Both the position numbers and the translations under genes were made by a program. DNA of 64,000 nucleotides from Phoronis australis (taxonomy: Eukaryota; Animalia; Phoronida): positions 124,001-188,000 of the forward strand of contig NMRA01000573.1 in the NCBI GenBank assembly GCA_002633005.1. Reading direction: 5' to 3'. Below are positions 53,024 to 64,000 of the stretch, one piece after another; the first letter of the stretch is position 1, and each line of letters begins with the position of its first letter. The notes beneath the pieces are model-generated. The model worked only from the letters and a program-made list of their open reading frames with translations, did not search any database and had not been told where the DNA came from.

Positions 53024-53537
53024 AGGCGAAGGCAACCCTTTTTCATGTCATTTTAGCAAAAATAAGGTTCGTTGATTATCCCAGAGATATTTTTCATTTA
53101 ATTAAAGCTTTTCGTGATTTAATTAATTACTCGTCCTCTAATCCTGATCTGACGTTTTGGGAGGCAAGAATTTCGCGCCAATTTCTTTTTGTATAGTCTG
53201 ACGGTGAGAGCTGTCGAGTCGGTCATTGTTCTACCTCGGTTGTTCGGCCGTCGTTTGCTTTTGTTTACGAGTCAGTCAACATGCCACACCGTTGCTGCGT
53301 ACCGGGATGTTCTCATTATCGTCTCATGCGCGCTTTAGGAGTACTTTTGCATCGCTTTCCAAAGGATGACACACTTTGCCGTACTTGGCTCGTTCGTGTG
53401 AAGAACGCAGCGTTACCCGTCCACGCAACGTATAAACAAAGATTTTATCTTTGGTATAAAGCAGTGGAGGGTTACCGAGTGTGTGGCAAGCATTTTCTAC
53501 CGTCATTGGCTTGATATGAAAAAGGTTGCCTCCGCCT
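53024..53537 (+). mobile_element. Kolobok-like miniature DNA transposon (514 bp) with a THAP ORF
   Basis: TIRs of about 27 bp (AGGCGaAGGCAACCcTTTTTCATgTCA / TGATATGAAAAAGGTTGCCTCCGCCT), flanked by ATAA and TTAA. AG...CT ends, a TTAA target and a THAP domain all fit Kolobok. Confidence 0.75.
53281..53514 (+). CDS. THAP zinc-finger ORF (77 aa), transposon-derived
   Basis: MPHRCCVPGC...HRFPKD...W...RVCGKHF carries the C2CH THAP signature with the conserved P, W and F. Expression is unknown. Confidence 0.7.
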   Translation: MPHRCCVPGCSHYRLMRALGVLLHRFPKDDTLCRTWLVRVKNAALPVHATYKQRFYLWYKAVEGYRVCGKHFLPSLA

Positions 53538-53640
53538 TTAAATCAAATACGTACTGACCGCTACAGTAAGCATTTCGCACTAGATACATGCTGACTGCTA
53601 CTACAAGCTTGTCACTGAACTCATTACAGTTTATATCGTA

Positions 53641-55487
53641 GTTTATTTATTTTCAACATTTTAAATGCCTTTTAAAAGGCCTTGGCCCACATGTTACATA
53701 AAATTTACAGGATAACGCTGAGCAGCTTTTCCCTGAGGAAAGTGGCGTGAAATACAAATTTCACTAGATTGGTCTGAGCAATAGGCTCCTACATTTTCAT
53801 TAACTTTACAAATTTATGTTTATTTGGTTCACGTCAGCACCACTCAGTTATAAATGCAGTTCTCAGAGAACAATACTTTTTACAAACACATATGAAATGG
53901 TATTCATCTTCAATTAGGGACACACAGAAACAACACAAACGGTATGTTGGTCCGCAAGAGCATGTCTACCTTTCTCTATCATCAAGTTATGGTTAGAGCA
54001 ACGTAATTTAAAAAAAAGATAGATGGAATATCACGCAACAGATAGGATTCCATTTCAAAATCAATTTTGAATCAGGAATGTGTATTACGTTCTGAGCTAT
54101 TCTCCACAGCAATGCTCCAGTCTAGTAAAAAACAATCTTTAGTTCGCTTCTCAAAAATGACAAGAAAAGATGCTTCGCCGCCAACTCCCTGACTGTGACA
54201 TACCAATCCAAAACCATATCTTTGCAGCAAATTCCTAACAGATGAAGCCCAATTTTTCCTACCAGCCTCATCCAATGTGACAAGCTGTCATAGACTGATC
54301 GTGGATTTCGGTGTGCTGGCATTTTTAACAATTCAAACCAATACTTGATCACTTTAACAAATAGCTTTACATAAGTTGGATACCTTCCCAGTTCTCCAAG
54401 GACAGCATGATTTGAACAGTTACGATCAATCCCCAGCAGTTGCTTACAGAATTTCAGTTGGACGCGCTCGATATTAGAATATTCTTTAAATCCCCAAATC
54501 TCACTGCCATAGCTAATGATTGGACATACCGTTTTATCAAAAATCTCGAGTTCAATTTTCGGTGAAAGTCGTCCACATTTTGACTGAAAACGTTTAATTG
54601 AAAAATTGTTTTCTGTGCCTGATGAGACAAAGTTTCCGTAACTTGCGTCCAGACTAAATTAGGAATAAGGCAAATACCCAGGTACTTATATGATGAGACG
54701 ACATCAATTTTGTCATTTCCAAAATGCCATTTTTCGAATTTTCTCAATGGTCCGCCTTTTCTAAATACCAATATTTTTTGTTTTTTAAGGTTGACTTTCA
54801 TACCCCAATCCTGACAGTATTCATGCAGAACGTTAATTTGTTGCTTTAGTTTAAATGCTGTCTCTGCACAACCAACCATATCATTAGCGAATAGCAACAT
54901 ACAAATTTGAGGTACATTCTCATTTACGTAAATTCCGCTATTTAAAGATTCTTTCAAGTAATCAACAAACTTGTGCGAATACATACTGAATAAAAAAGGA
55001 CAAGGCATACACCCTTGGCGAGTACCAATATTATTACTGAAAAAGTCAGTTAACCCACGCTCAGTTCTTACACACGCTCTTAGCTTTGAATACATACTTT
55101 TTTGAAATTTTAAAACACTACCATGAATTCCTATTTTTTGTAGCCAATTCTACAAACATTTATTGAAATGTTGTCAAAGGCCCGAGAAAATCCATGTATG
55201 TGGCATAAAATCTGCCCCTGCGTTTACTCAAGTACAATTTCTGAGCTTTGTTAAATAAGTCCTTATCGTTAGCCCAACTTGTTAGACGATCGTTTATAAA
55301 TTTCTTAAAAAATTTCCCCGAGAACAGGCAAGAGTGAAATATCCCGATAATTTTTCACGTCATTGATGTCCCCTTGCTTATGCAATGGACATGTTATAGC
55401 GTCACATCAGCACTGGGGAAATTCCCCTGATCGTAGAGCACTATTAAAATATTCGTCAAAACAGGTGTTATATAGTCTTTGGTGGAC
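53641..55487 (-). mobile_element. 5'-truncated, decayed non-LTR retrotransposon (LINE; RT region and 3' end)
   Basis: GTRQGCMPCPFLFSMY, LLFANDMV (degenerate YADD), YKYLG and IKYW motifs, several frameshifts, and an A-rich 3' tail near 53641-53655. Confidence 0.9.
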
Positions 55488-56979
55488 TTGGAGTTCATCG
55501 GCCTCACTAAATACATGCTAACTTCTGTAACCATGTCACAAGACTCATTAAGTATATGGCAACCGGAGTAAGCATGTTACAAGAGTCACTAAAGACATGC
55601 TGACTGTTGCAAGCTTCTTACAGGACTCATTAAATTCATGCTAACTGCTATAAACTTGTCACAGGACTCGCTAAATACAAACTGACCGTCACTACAAGCT
55701 TGTCACGGGACTCCCTAAAGACATGCTGACTGCTAAAAGCTTGTCACAGGTCTCACCAAATACAGTACAAGGTTGTCGAAGACTCACTAAATATATACTG
55801 ATTGCTACAAGTTTCTCGCAAGACTCGCTAAATATATGCTGATTGCTACAAGCTTGTTGCAGCACTCATTAAATTCATGGTGACAGTCGCTGCTGTAAGC
55901 TTGTCAAGGAATTAAATGCGTGTAACTTGGGAGTGATATTGGCCCTAGGTGTAACCCGGGGCTCATCGCAATCGTTATAAACGTATAAAAAGTTTCTTTA
56001 TGCATGCCATAAATTTTGTATGCAAAAATGTCCCAGAAATAACTAATGATGAACGAAGACGGAGGCTGCTTTTCCTGAAGTGAAATAAACCGCATCTCCT
56101 CCGCTGCCAGGGGAGACAAAAATGAAAATGCGCCCCATCATTGAAATGAATTTTGGGCACACCGTTTGTCCAATGTAACGCTGTTCACGTAAAGAGGACG
56201 AAGACATTCATCCACATAACGGAAATCCACATGAAACCTAAGATCTGGCCACTGATAGCAATCTTTCCCAGCTGGAGTTATTTTTCATGATGAGGTTACG
56301 TAATTTCATGTTCTGATAGTAAATAATTAGTTTCAATCTGTCACCTGGTACGTTTGACGACTTTAAAATTGTCTCAAACGATCTTCGTGAAAACACAAGT
56401 TCGTCACTCTGATAAATATTAGACTTATAAATCTTGTATAATAACTATAAACTATAGTGGTCCAGTGTCAGCATGGGAGTCAGTTTTCGATATTACGAAC
56501 CCGTTCGTGTTTAATATCAAAAGAGTTATAGTAACCATTATTAACTTAAATATGTTTTATGCGTAGGATTTAAACGTTTAATGCATTCCAGTTAGTTGAT
56601 GTCTGGTACGGCCTTGTTGAGGTAACTTGTCAAAACCGCAAATTCTTTGTTCAATGTTCTTTCTGCGACTCCTAATGAGCTGATTTCTTCCAAAATTACA
56701 TCATACACTTTTAGCGTTCACATGGACAAAAATTACGTAGAGACAGTTGACTTCGCGTGAGTGGACGTCGTGAGCTTTAATTGTCAATTGGTCGAAAACT
56801 GGTGTAACATTTATACAACTGTTCAATGTTTTTAGAAGATTTAGCCATATAGGAGATGGTTCACTTCATAACATGTATGTGTCATACTCGTTTGAATGTG
56901 ACTTATGATACCTCGTTTCTGATTTTTCTCAGAAATAAGTCAGAGTACTCATGCGGTAATTTATAATATAATAAGAATA

Positions 56980-58570
56980 TATTTTTATTAGAGTAAACAG
57001 GCCTCCGGCCCACATTACAAATTAACAAAAACAGCAGATTTACGTTTAAACATTACCTAAAAATCTTTTCTCTTGAGTTTCTGCATGTGCAATGAACTTG
57101 GCTACATGTCTTAATGTTGTCGCATTTTCTGACTGTTAGACTCTCTTGAATATGGCAACACTTGTTGATATATTACCAATATACATGTTTCTAGCTTTAT
57201 CATATAAGGGGCATCCCAAAATGGTGTTCTGTTTCATTACAATTATATATAATATATAATATTCTCTCGTTAACGGCGAGACCCATGTGTCTCCCTTTAA
57301 CACTCACAAGAGAAATTCCACAACATCCACTGTAAGTCAAGTCAAAGCGGATCTGAGCAAAACATTATTAAAAGGCCTTATATGTGCTTGCGACGAGAAA
57401 TCGTTTTACAAGTTTATACACATCTAACGACTGTGATGAAATTTTATCTCCCCCGTTCAGCACGTCAATGTCAATACACCGTTGCTTAAATTCCTTAATA
57501 AAATTAATATACACATCTCATACGCCTTGGTTCTCCCTGACAATTCCAAAACCATATTCGAACACAATTGTCTTCACATTTAATACCCAACAAGTTCTAT
57601 TAAATTCAATCATTACACGCTGTACATGATAACACATTTTAGTGTATTTATGACTCTGTGATTCAGGAACTCTAAACCAGTACTTAATTTCTCTGCTCAA
57701 CATCAATACTTTAATTTATAGTTGTTCTTCCATGTTCACCTCTAGCACCAGCATTTGAGACATTCGGACCAAGTTGCAACAGATATTTGCAGAACTTATT
57801 TTGAACCGTTTCTATGGATTTGGCTTCATGGAATCCCCATATTTTCGACCTTAAAATAAAATTTGACACAATTTTAGGGTCAATTAAGTTCCACCATAAT
57901 GACACCGGTATGTCGACCAATTTTATCATGTTTATTTTTAAAAACAAAGATTTTGATGCATTTTCAGAAAGTGTTTTGGGCCTTTGTGAAAACACCTTTC
58001 GTAGAGAATGTTGCATTTTGTCTTGGACATGTTTACGCGCAATTTCCACCTGTTTCAGTAATATTCTAGTTTTCCAATCAGTTTTTGCATAGCCACAGCT
58101 GTTTCAGCAAATAGAACCAGATTATCAACAAACAATAACATACTGTACACAAATTGAGTGGCCTTACTCTGACACATGATCCACTCACATTTTTAATTCG
58201 TCTTTTAGGTCATTCAAAAACATCAAAAATAGAAATGACAGCTGGAAAGCATGCCGAACTCCTGATTTGCATTCAAAAACGTCAATTTCAACACCTGTAT
58301 CATCAATCAGGACACATGCCTTAACATTTATATGCATATTTTTCAATACATTGTACGAATGAGCTTATATTTCAATATGTTCAAATGCCTTCAGGAAATC
58401 GACAAAAAGGCAATAAAACAGTTCACGGTGTTTATTAGTGTTTTTTGAAACTAGAGTATTAAGAATAAACATGTTGTCAATAGTCGAGTACCCTTTTCGA
58501 AAATCCGCCTCACTCAAAACATTGTACTCTGAAAAAGTATTCTCGTGTTCTGTGCAAAAAAATCTCAATT
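56980..58570 (-). mobile_element. Decayed LINE fragment of a related family
   Basis: FRKGYSTIDNMFIL, CLFVDFLKAF, IWG..IETVQNKFCKYLL and IKYW motifs. The 3' end gggccggaggcc...aataaa resembles that of the other LINEs. Confidence 0.85.
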
Positions 58571-60689
58571 ACTATTTTCTCTCAAAAAACGAATGAAAGG
58601 AACAGGTGAGAGCTTATGAATTAAACGAAAAGCTTTGTTGTGCAATTTGACCAGAATTACTTATGGCATCAGAATAAAGTGGCAACTTAGAACGTTTCTA
58701 CCTTTTCATTAATTTCACCGGGAGTAGAGTATATTATATTGATGTCACCCCGGTGGTTTTGACCCCCTCATCCGGTTAGCACCTACTTCGTGTTCTATTG
58801 GTTAATGCAGGTGTATACTTTTGTCTTAAGATAAACATCAGTGAACAATGTGCATAAAACACAGATATTAACTTGCTGAAATAACCCAAAACCCTGACTT
58901 GCGTATATATGATAGATACATGTATCAAGTCTAATCAAATGCTTTGTTTGCATGTTTTCTGTGGTTTATCATCCACATCCAACATAAGCAAGTCCAGAAA
59001 GTCAAAGTTTTCTTCCAAAAGCGCCAAATTCAACAAATCTAATCTGCCATCTTCGAGTTGACTACAGCGCCATCACTTGACTGGGGGTACGTGTACCCGA
59101 AACAAAAAATGGAACATAACGCATATGAAACCGTGAACCTGTGACTCACACGCTCGCATTTAACGTGTAGTTGAAGTTCTCAAGTAATAACAACATCTTT
59201 AGATTGCATTGATCGGTTAAAAACTAGCGTTACACCATTCATAGCCACCAGTGTGTCATATTTATGTCGAAGGTCAAACTTTAAGGTGCATCCTAACAGA
59301 AGCTAACTTGCGTCTCACATCAAGGGCGTATATCTTACTTTGCATTTCCATGGTTCCGTCGCAGTTAGTCACTAAATTATAGGAGACTTTCACCTGTCCG
59401 TTTTGATCCAGAAAATACGTTCGGATAGGCTCGGACGTTGCAGGTGTCATGACATCTAGAAGAAAGGGAAGCTAGTTCTAATTCAGATATGTGCTAAGAT
59501 TTCTGGAAAGGCTTTTCCTAGCGAATAAACACTCGAGACCAGGCGTGCGTACCGTAGACGCCAGAACCTCATGAAAACCGTTAGGTCACTCAAGACTTCG
59601 CAAGATATTATCAACCAAAGCTCGCGGTAACACCAGTCTTGCGTTCAATAAGGACAGCACTCCGAATCCCTTTTAAGCCCTTCGCGAGATTGTCGGGCTA
59701 TTGAACGACTTGCTTGCGAAAAGCGTTTTCATTTTTGACGATCGTATCTCAAGCTGCATCACCAACAAAGACCGAAAGCCAATCGTTCACTTATCTACGT
59801 CTAACAATTCGAAGAGCTCGCGTAAAGCGTTTCGAAGCACTTTGCTTAAGCTTATTGAACGCAAGGCTGCTTCTCTTCGTGAGACTCTTGCGTCTACGAC
59901 CCGTACGTTTTCTCTGCAACAAAACTGATAGCTCAAGTCTTCATTAATACATGATATGTGAATCTAAATCTTAAATGGTAGTATTTTTCTGTACAATTAA
60001 AACACTTTTTGAACCGGCAACAGTCACATGTAACATGCGATATTAAAATACAGAGGATCCAAATCATGCTTACAGTCTTTGCAATCAGGATCGGAGTGCA
60101 ATGTCACTATCTCTGAAGTTCGGACAGGTTTTGAGAAAAACCTTCTACTGTTGATGTTATTTTATTTTGAATATGTTAACTGATGTAAATTACAGAAATC
60201 GAAGGGAAGATTTTAACTGAAAAACTGGGACTGTTTTTTGTCTTGTGTGTGTTGCGACCTTTCATAAAACGCGGATTCTTGATGTTGACATGCCGTGGTA
60301 ACGGAGACCCTAGTAACTGTGGTCATTGTGTTACTTTCTTTACACCTTTCCACCCTCTCAGTTCTGTAGGGCATATGTCAAAACTGTGATTAGCGGGCCA
60401 TTTGCTTTGCTCTCCACCTCCCAAACATTTTTGCACATATTATCAACCGTCTTCGTCACAGATTCCTCTGCTTCGTCTAGAAACGAAATTATCTTGGGCG
60501 GAGCCCGAGGCTGACCTCACTTAGTAAGGGGAGCTGTTCATAAGTACTCGAGTAACCGTTAGGGGAGATTTTATGCTTATACAAATGGATTTTCCTCGTG
60601 CATTTGACAATATTTCGCATAATTTTTATGGAATAGGTTACAAAAATAGGAATTCGTGGCAAGCTTGTAATATTGATGACAAACATATA

Positions 60690-62030
60690 TTCGAAGCTAA
60701 GAACGTATACAGGAACTCGAGCTGGGTTAACAGACTTTTTCCGTAGTAATATTGATACATGTCAGGGGCATATGTTTAGTCCTGTTTTATTCAGTATGTA
60801 TTTGGACGAGTTTGTAGATTATTAAAAAATCTTTTTAAAGATTAATGGCACTGATGTTAATGAGAACGTTCGTCACATGTGCATGTTGCTACAGGCCGAC
60901 GGTATGGTTGGGTATGCAGAAACAACAGCAGCAAATTAATGTTTTGTATGAATATTAGAGTGTGAAAGTCGATCTCAGTAACTAAAATAACTGGTATTTA
61001 GAAAGGGTGGATGACTGAAAAATGGCCCTTAGGAATGACAAAATCAAAATCTTCTACAGACGTATAAGTACTAGCTTTACGCCTAAGCTAGTCTAGAAGC
61101 AAGCAACGAAACTTGTCTCATCAGGGACAGAAAGCTATTTATTCAATCAAACGACGAATGTGATCGATTCCCACCGAATTTTGTACTCGAGATGCCCACT
61201 CATTCACTACAGCAGTGAGGTTTGAGGATTTAAAGAATATTTTAATATCGAGCGTGTGTAAATGAAGTTCTATAAACAACTGATGGGAGTTGAAAGAATC
61301 TGCTCAAACCATGTTGTCTTAGGAGAACTATGAAGGTGTCCAACTGATGCATAAAGTGTTCATTAAACTGATTAAGTATTGGTTAAAATTATTTAAAATG
61401 ACGACAACACATCATAAGCTACGATCGGTATATAACCCGCTAGTCACATTGGAGGAATTAGTCTTCATCTGTCAGGAATTTGTTGCAAAGATGATTTTGG
61501 AATGGTATGGTGCAGTCAGGGAGTCGGCTGTGAAACATCATTTCTTGTCTTTTTTATCAACGAATCAAAGATTATTTTTGCAAGATCAAAACTTTGCTGC
61601 GGAGAATATGTTAGCTCAAAACATAGTACATATTTCTCATTTAAAACTGACTTGAAACGGAGACCTATTGGTTGCTTGGCTTTCCGTATGTTTTTATATC
61701 AGCTATGGCTAAATTTTGTTGCTCTAATCATTAACACGATGATATAGAACTCCGTGAAGTACCGTGAGTTCCATTTCCATGTGTCACAAACTGAGGATGA
61801 ATATCGTTTTATTTGTGTTTGTAACATGCACTGCACTCTGAGAACTGCTGGTGCTGGCGTGAACCAAATAAGTATAAATTTGAAAGCTTAATGAAAATAT
61901 AGGAGCCTACGACTCAAATTGACCTTGCGAAATTTGTTTTTAACGTCACTGAATCCAGAGAAACGTTGCTCAGCGCTCATTTGTAACTACATACGTATGG
62001 GTCAAGGCCCTAAATGTTGTAAATAAACCG
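60690..62030 (+). mobile_element. Decayed LINE fragment, same family as 53641-55487 but in opposite orientation
   Basis: Colinear similarity to the reverse complement of 53641-55090 (for example tgctggcgtgaaccaaata and gggtcaaggcc...aaataaac), and a KLIKYW motif. Confidence 0.85.
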
Positions 62031-62443
62031 ATTGATATCGATTGCCGCTAGAGGGTGCATTCCCATCCGTCTCGCTTCATGGCTACGGACTTGCCGCTAC
62101 GAAAGGTTTCCCCATGTTTTACTTTCGATAGATGAAATGCACCAATACAATCGAAGCGGGGTTTAAAGGTTGACGTGACTGATTAGTCACCGCTAACGAG
62201 TCCCTGTTTTGAAAAGTCTTTATAACCACATTTTGCTTTAGTGAATGAAGACGTATTTTGCAGGGCGAATCAAACTGGGTAAGTTCTTTCGATTTTAAGG
62301 AAACTTTTACCTATCTACTTCTTAATTTGAAGAACATAAAAATCATGGTGTAACGTTATTCAGGACTGCTCAGTTCTTACGAGAATGATATTTTGGAAAA
62401 GAAGTGGTCTCCCACTTTCAGCATCTTGGTGGGTAAATGTCAN

Positions 62444-64000
62444 CGTGTTCTATTGGTTAATGCAGGTGTATACTTTTGTCTTAAGATAAACATCAGTGAA
62501 CAATGTGCATAAAACACAGAGATTAACTTGCTGAAATAACCCAAAACCCTGACTTGCGTATATGTGATAGATACATGTATCAAGTCTAATCAAATGCTTT
62601 GTTTGGATGTTTTCCGTGGTTTATCATCCACATCCAACATAAGCAAGTCCAGTAAGTCAAAGTTATCTTCCAAAAGCACCAAATTCAACAAATCTAATCT
62701 GCCATCTTCGAGTTGACTACAGCGCCATCACTTGACTGGGCGTACGTGTACCCGAAACAAAAAATGGAACATAACGCATATGAAACCGTGAACCTGTGAC
62801 TCACACGCTCGCATTTAACGTGTAGCTGAAGCTCTCAAGAAATAACAACATCTTTAGATTGCATTGATCGGTTAAAAACTAGCGTTACACCATTCATAGC
62901 CACCAGTGTGTCATATTTATGTCGAAGGTCAAATTTTAAGGTGCATCCTAACAAAAGCTAACTTGCGTCTCGCATCAAGGGCGTATATCTTACCTTGCAT
63001 TTCCATGGTTCCGTCGCAGTTAGTCACTAAATTATAAGAGACTTTCACCTGTCCGTTTTGATCCAGAAAAAACGTTCGGATAGGCTCGGACGTTGCAGGT
63101 GTCATGACATCTAGAAGAAAGGGAAGCTAGTTCTTCAGATAGCTGCTGGCCATTAAGATTTCTGGAAAGGCTTTTCGTAGCGAATAAACACTCTAGACCA
63201 GGCGTGCGTTCCGTAGACGCTAGAACCTCATGAAAACCGTTAGGTCACGCAAGACTTCGCAAGATATTATCAACCAAAGCTCGCGATAAGACCAGTCTTG
63301 TGTTCAATAAGGACAGCACTCCGAATCCCTTTGAAGCCCTTCGCGAGATTGTCGGGCTATTGAACGACGCGCTTGCGAAAAGCGTTTTCATTTTTGGCGA
63401 TCGTTTCTCAAGCTGCATCACCAACAAAGACCGAAAGCCAATCGTTCATTAGCGAAGTCTAACAGTTCGAAGAGCTCGCGTAAAGCGTTTCGAAGCACTT
63501 TGCTTAAGCTTATTGAACGCAAGGCTGCTTCTCTTCGTGAGACTCTTGCGTCTACGATCCGTACGTTTTCTCTGCAACAAAACTGATAGCTCAAGTCTTC
63601 ATTAATACATGATATGTGAATCTAAATCTTAAATGGTAGTATTTTTCTGTACAATTAAAACACTTTTTGAACCGGCAACAGTCACATGTAATATGCGATA
63701 TTAAAATACAGAGGATCCAAATCATGCTTACAGTCTTTGCAATCAGGATCGGAGTGCAATGTCACTATCTCTGAAGTTCGGACAGGTTTTAAGAAAAACC
63801 TAAGCCTAAGCTAGTCTAGAAGCAAGCAACGAAACTTGTCTCATCAGGGACACAAAGCTATTTATTCAATCAAACGACGAATGTGATCGATTCCCACCGA
63901 ATTTTGCACTCAGGAGATGCCCACTCATTCACTACAGCAGTGAGGTTTGAGGATTTAAAGAATATTTTAATATCGAGCGTGTGTAAATGAAGTTCTATAA
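62444..64000 (+). repeat. Second copy of 58789-60143 joined to 61081-61275
   Basis: Near-identical direct repeat that starts immediately after the N at 62443. Confidence 0.9.

Larger units (their letters stand above)
52494..55920. repeat. 41-bp minisatellite array, split by two nested insertions
   Basis: The unit ctcattaaatacatgctgaccgctgtaaacttgtcacagga occurs at about 52494-53020, 53545-53626 and 55502-55920. Confidence 0.92.

Noticed and set aside
54454-55095. Active reverse transcriptase gene
   Set aside because: The catalytic motif reads FAND, flanking regions are frameshifted, and the element is 5'-truncated.
52494-55920. CRISPR-like regularly spaced repeats
   Set aside because: The units are head-to-tail 41-mers with no unique spacers, there are no cas genes, and the context is eukaryotic.

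Overview
AT-rich, intron-containing animal DNA, probably from a marine invertebrate (lophotrochozoan-like; the taxon is an inference). Three spliced genes can be built by hand. (1) Minus strand, 2554->1154 and probably continuing: a secreted precursor with a signal peptide, a 61-aa Arg/Pro/hydrophobic repeat domain ((RIRLP)n-type, about +24 charge), a Cys-rich domain and a GKR processing site. The ORF track misses exon 2. This candidate antimicrobial-peptide precursor is the most interesting item in the window. (2) Plus strand, 9339-39221: a complete 29-exon long-type ABCC/MRP1-like transporter of about 1566 aa, with one GC-AG intron. (3) Plus strand, 39583-52446: a secreted fibrinogen-related domain (FReD) protein of about 295 aa. 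The rest is transposon-derived: Academ-like, hAT-like and palindromic MITEs, a 514-bp Kolobok-like mini-element with an intact THAP ORF, a decayed DIRS-type retroelement, three decayed LINEs, tRNA-derived SINEs and minisatellites. Two local duplications each abut a single N and are most likely uncollapsed haplotypes. All coordinates were read by eye and no database searches were run.
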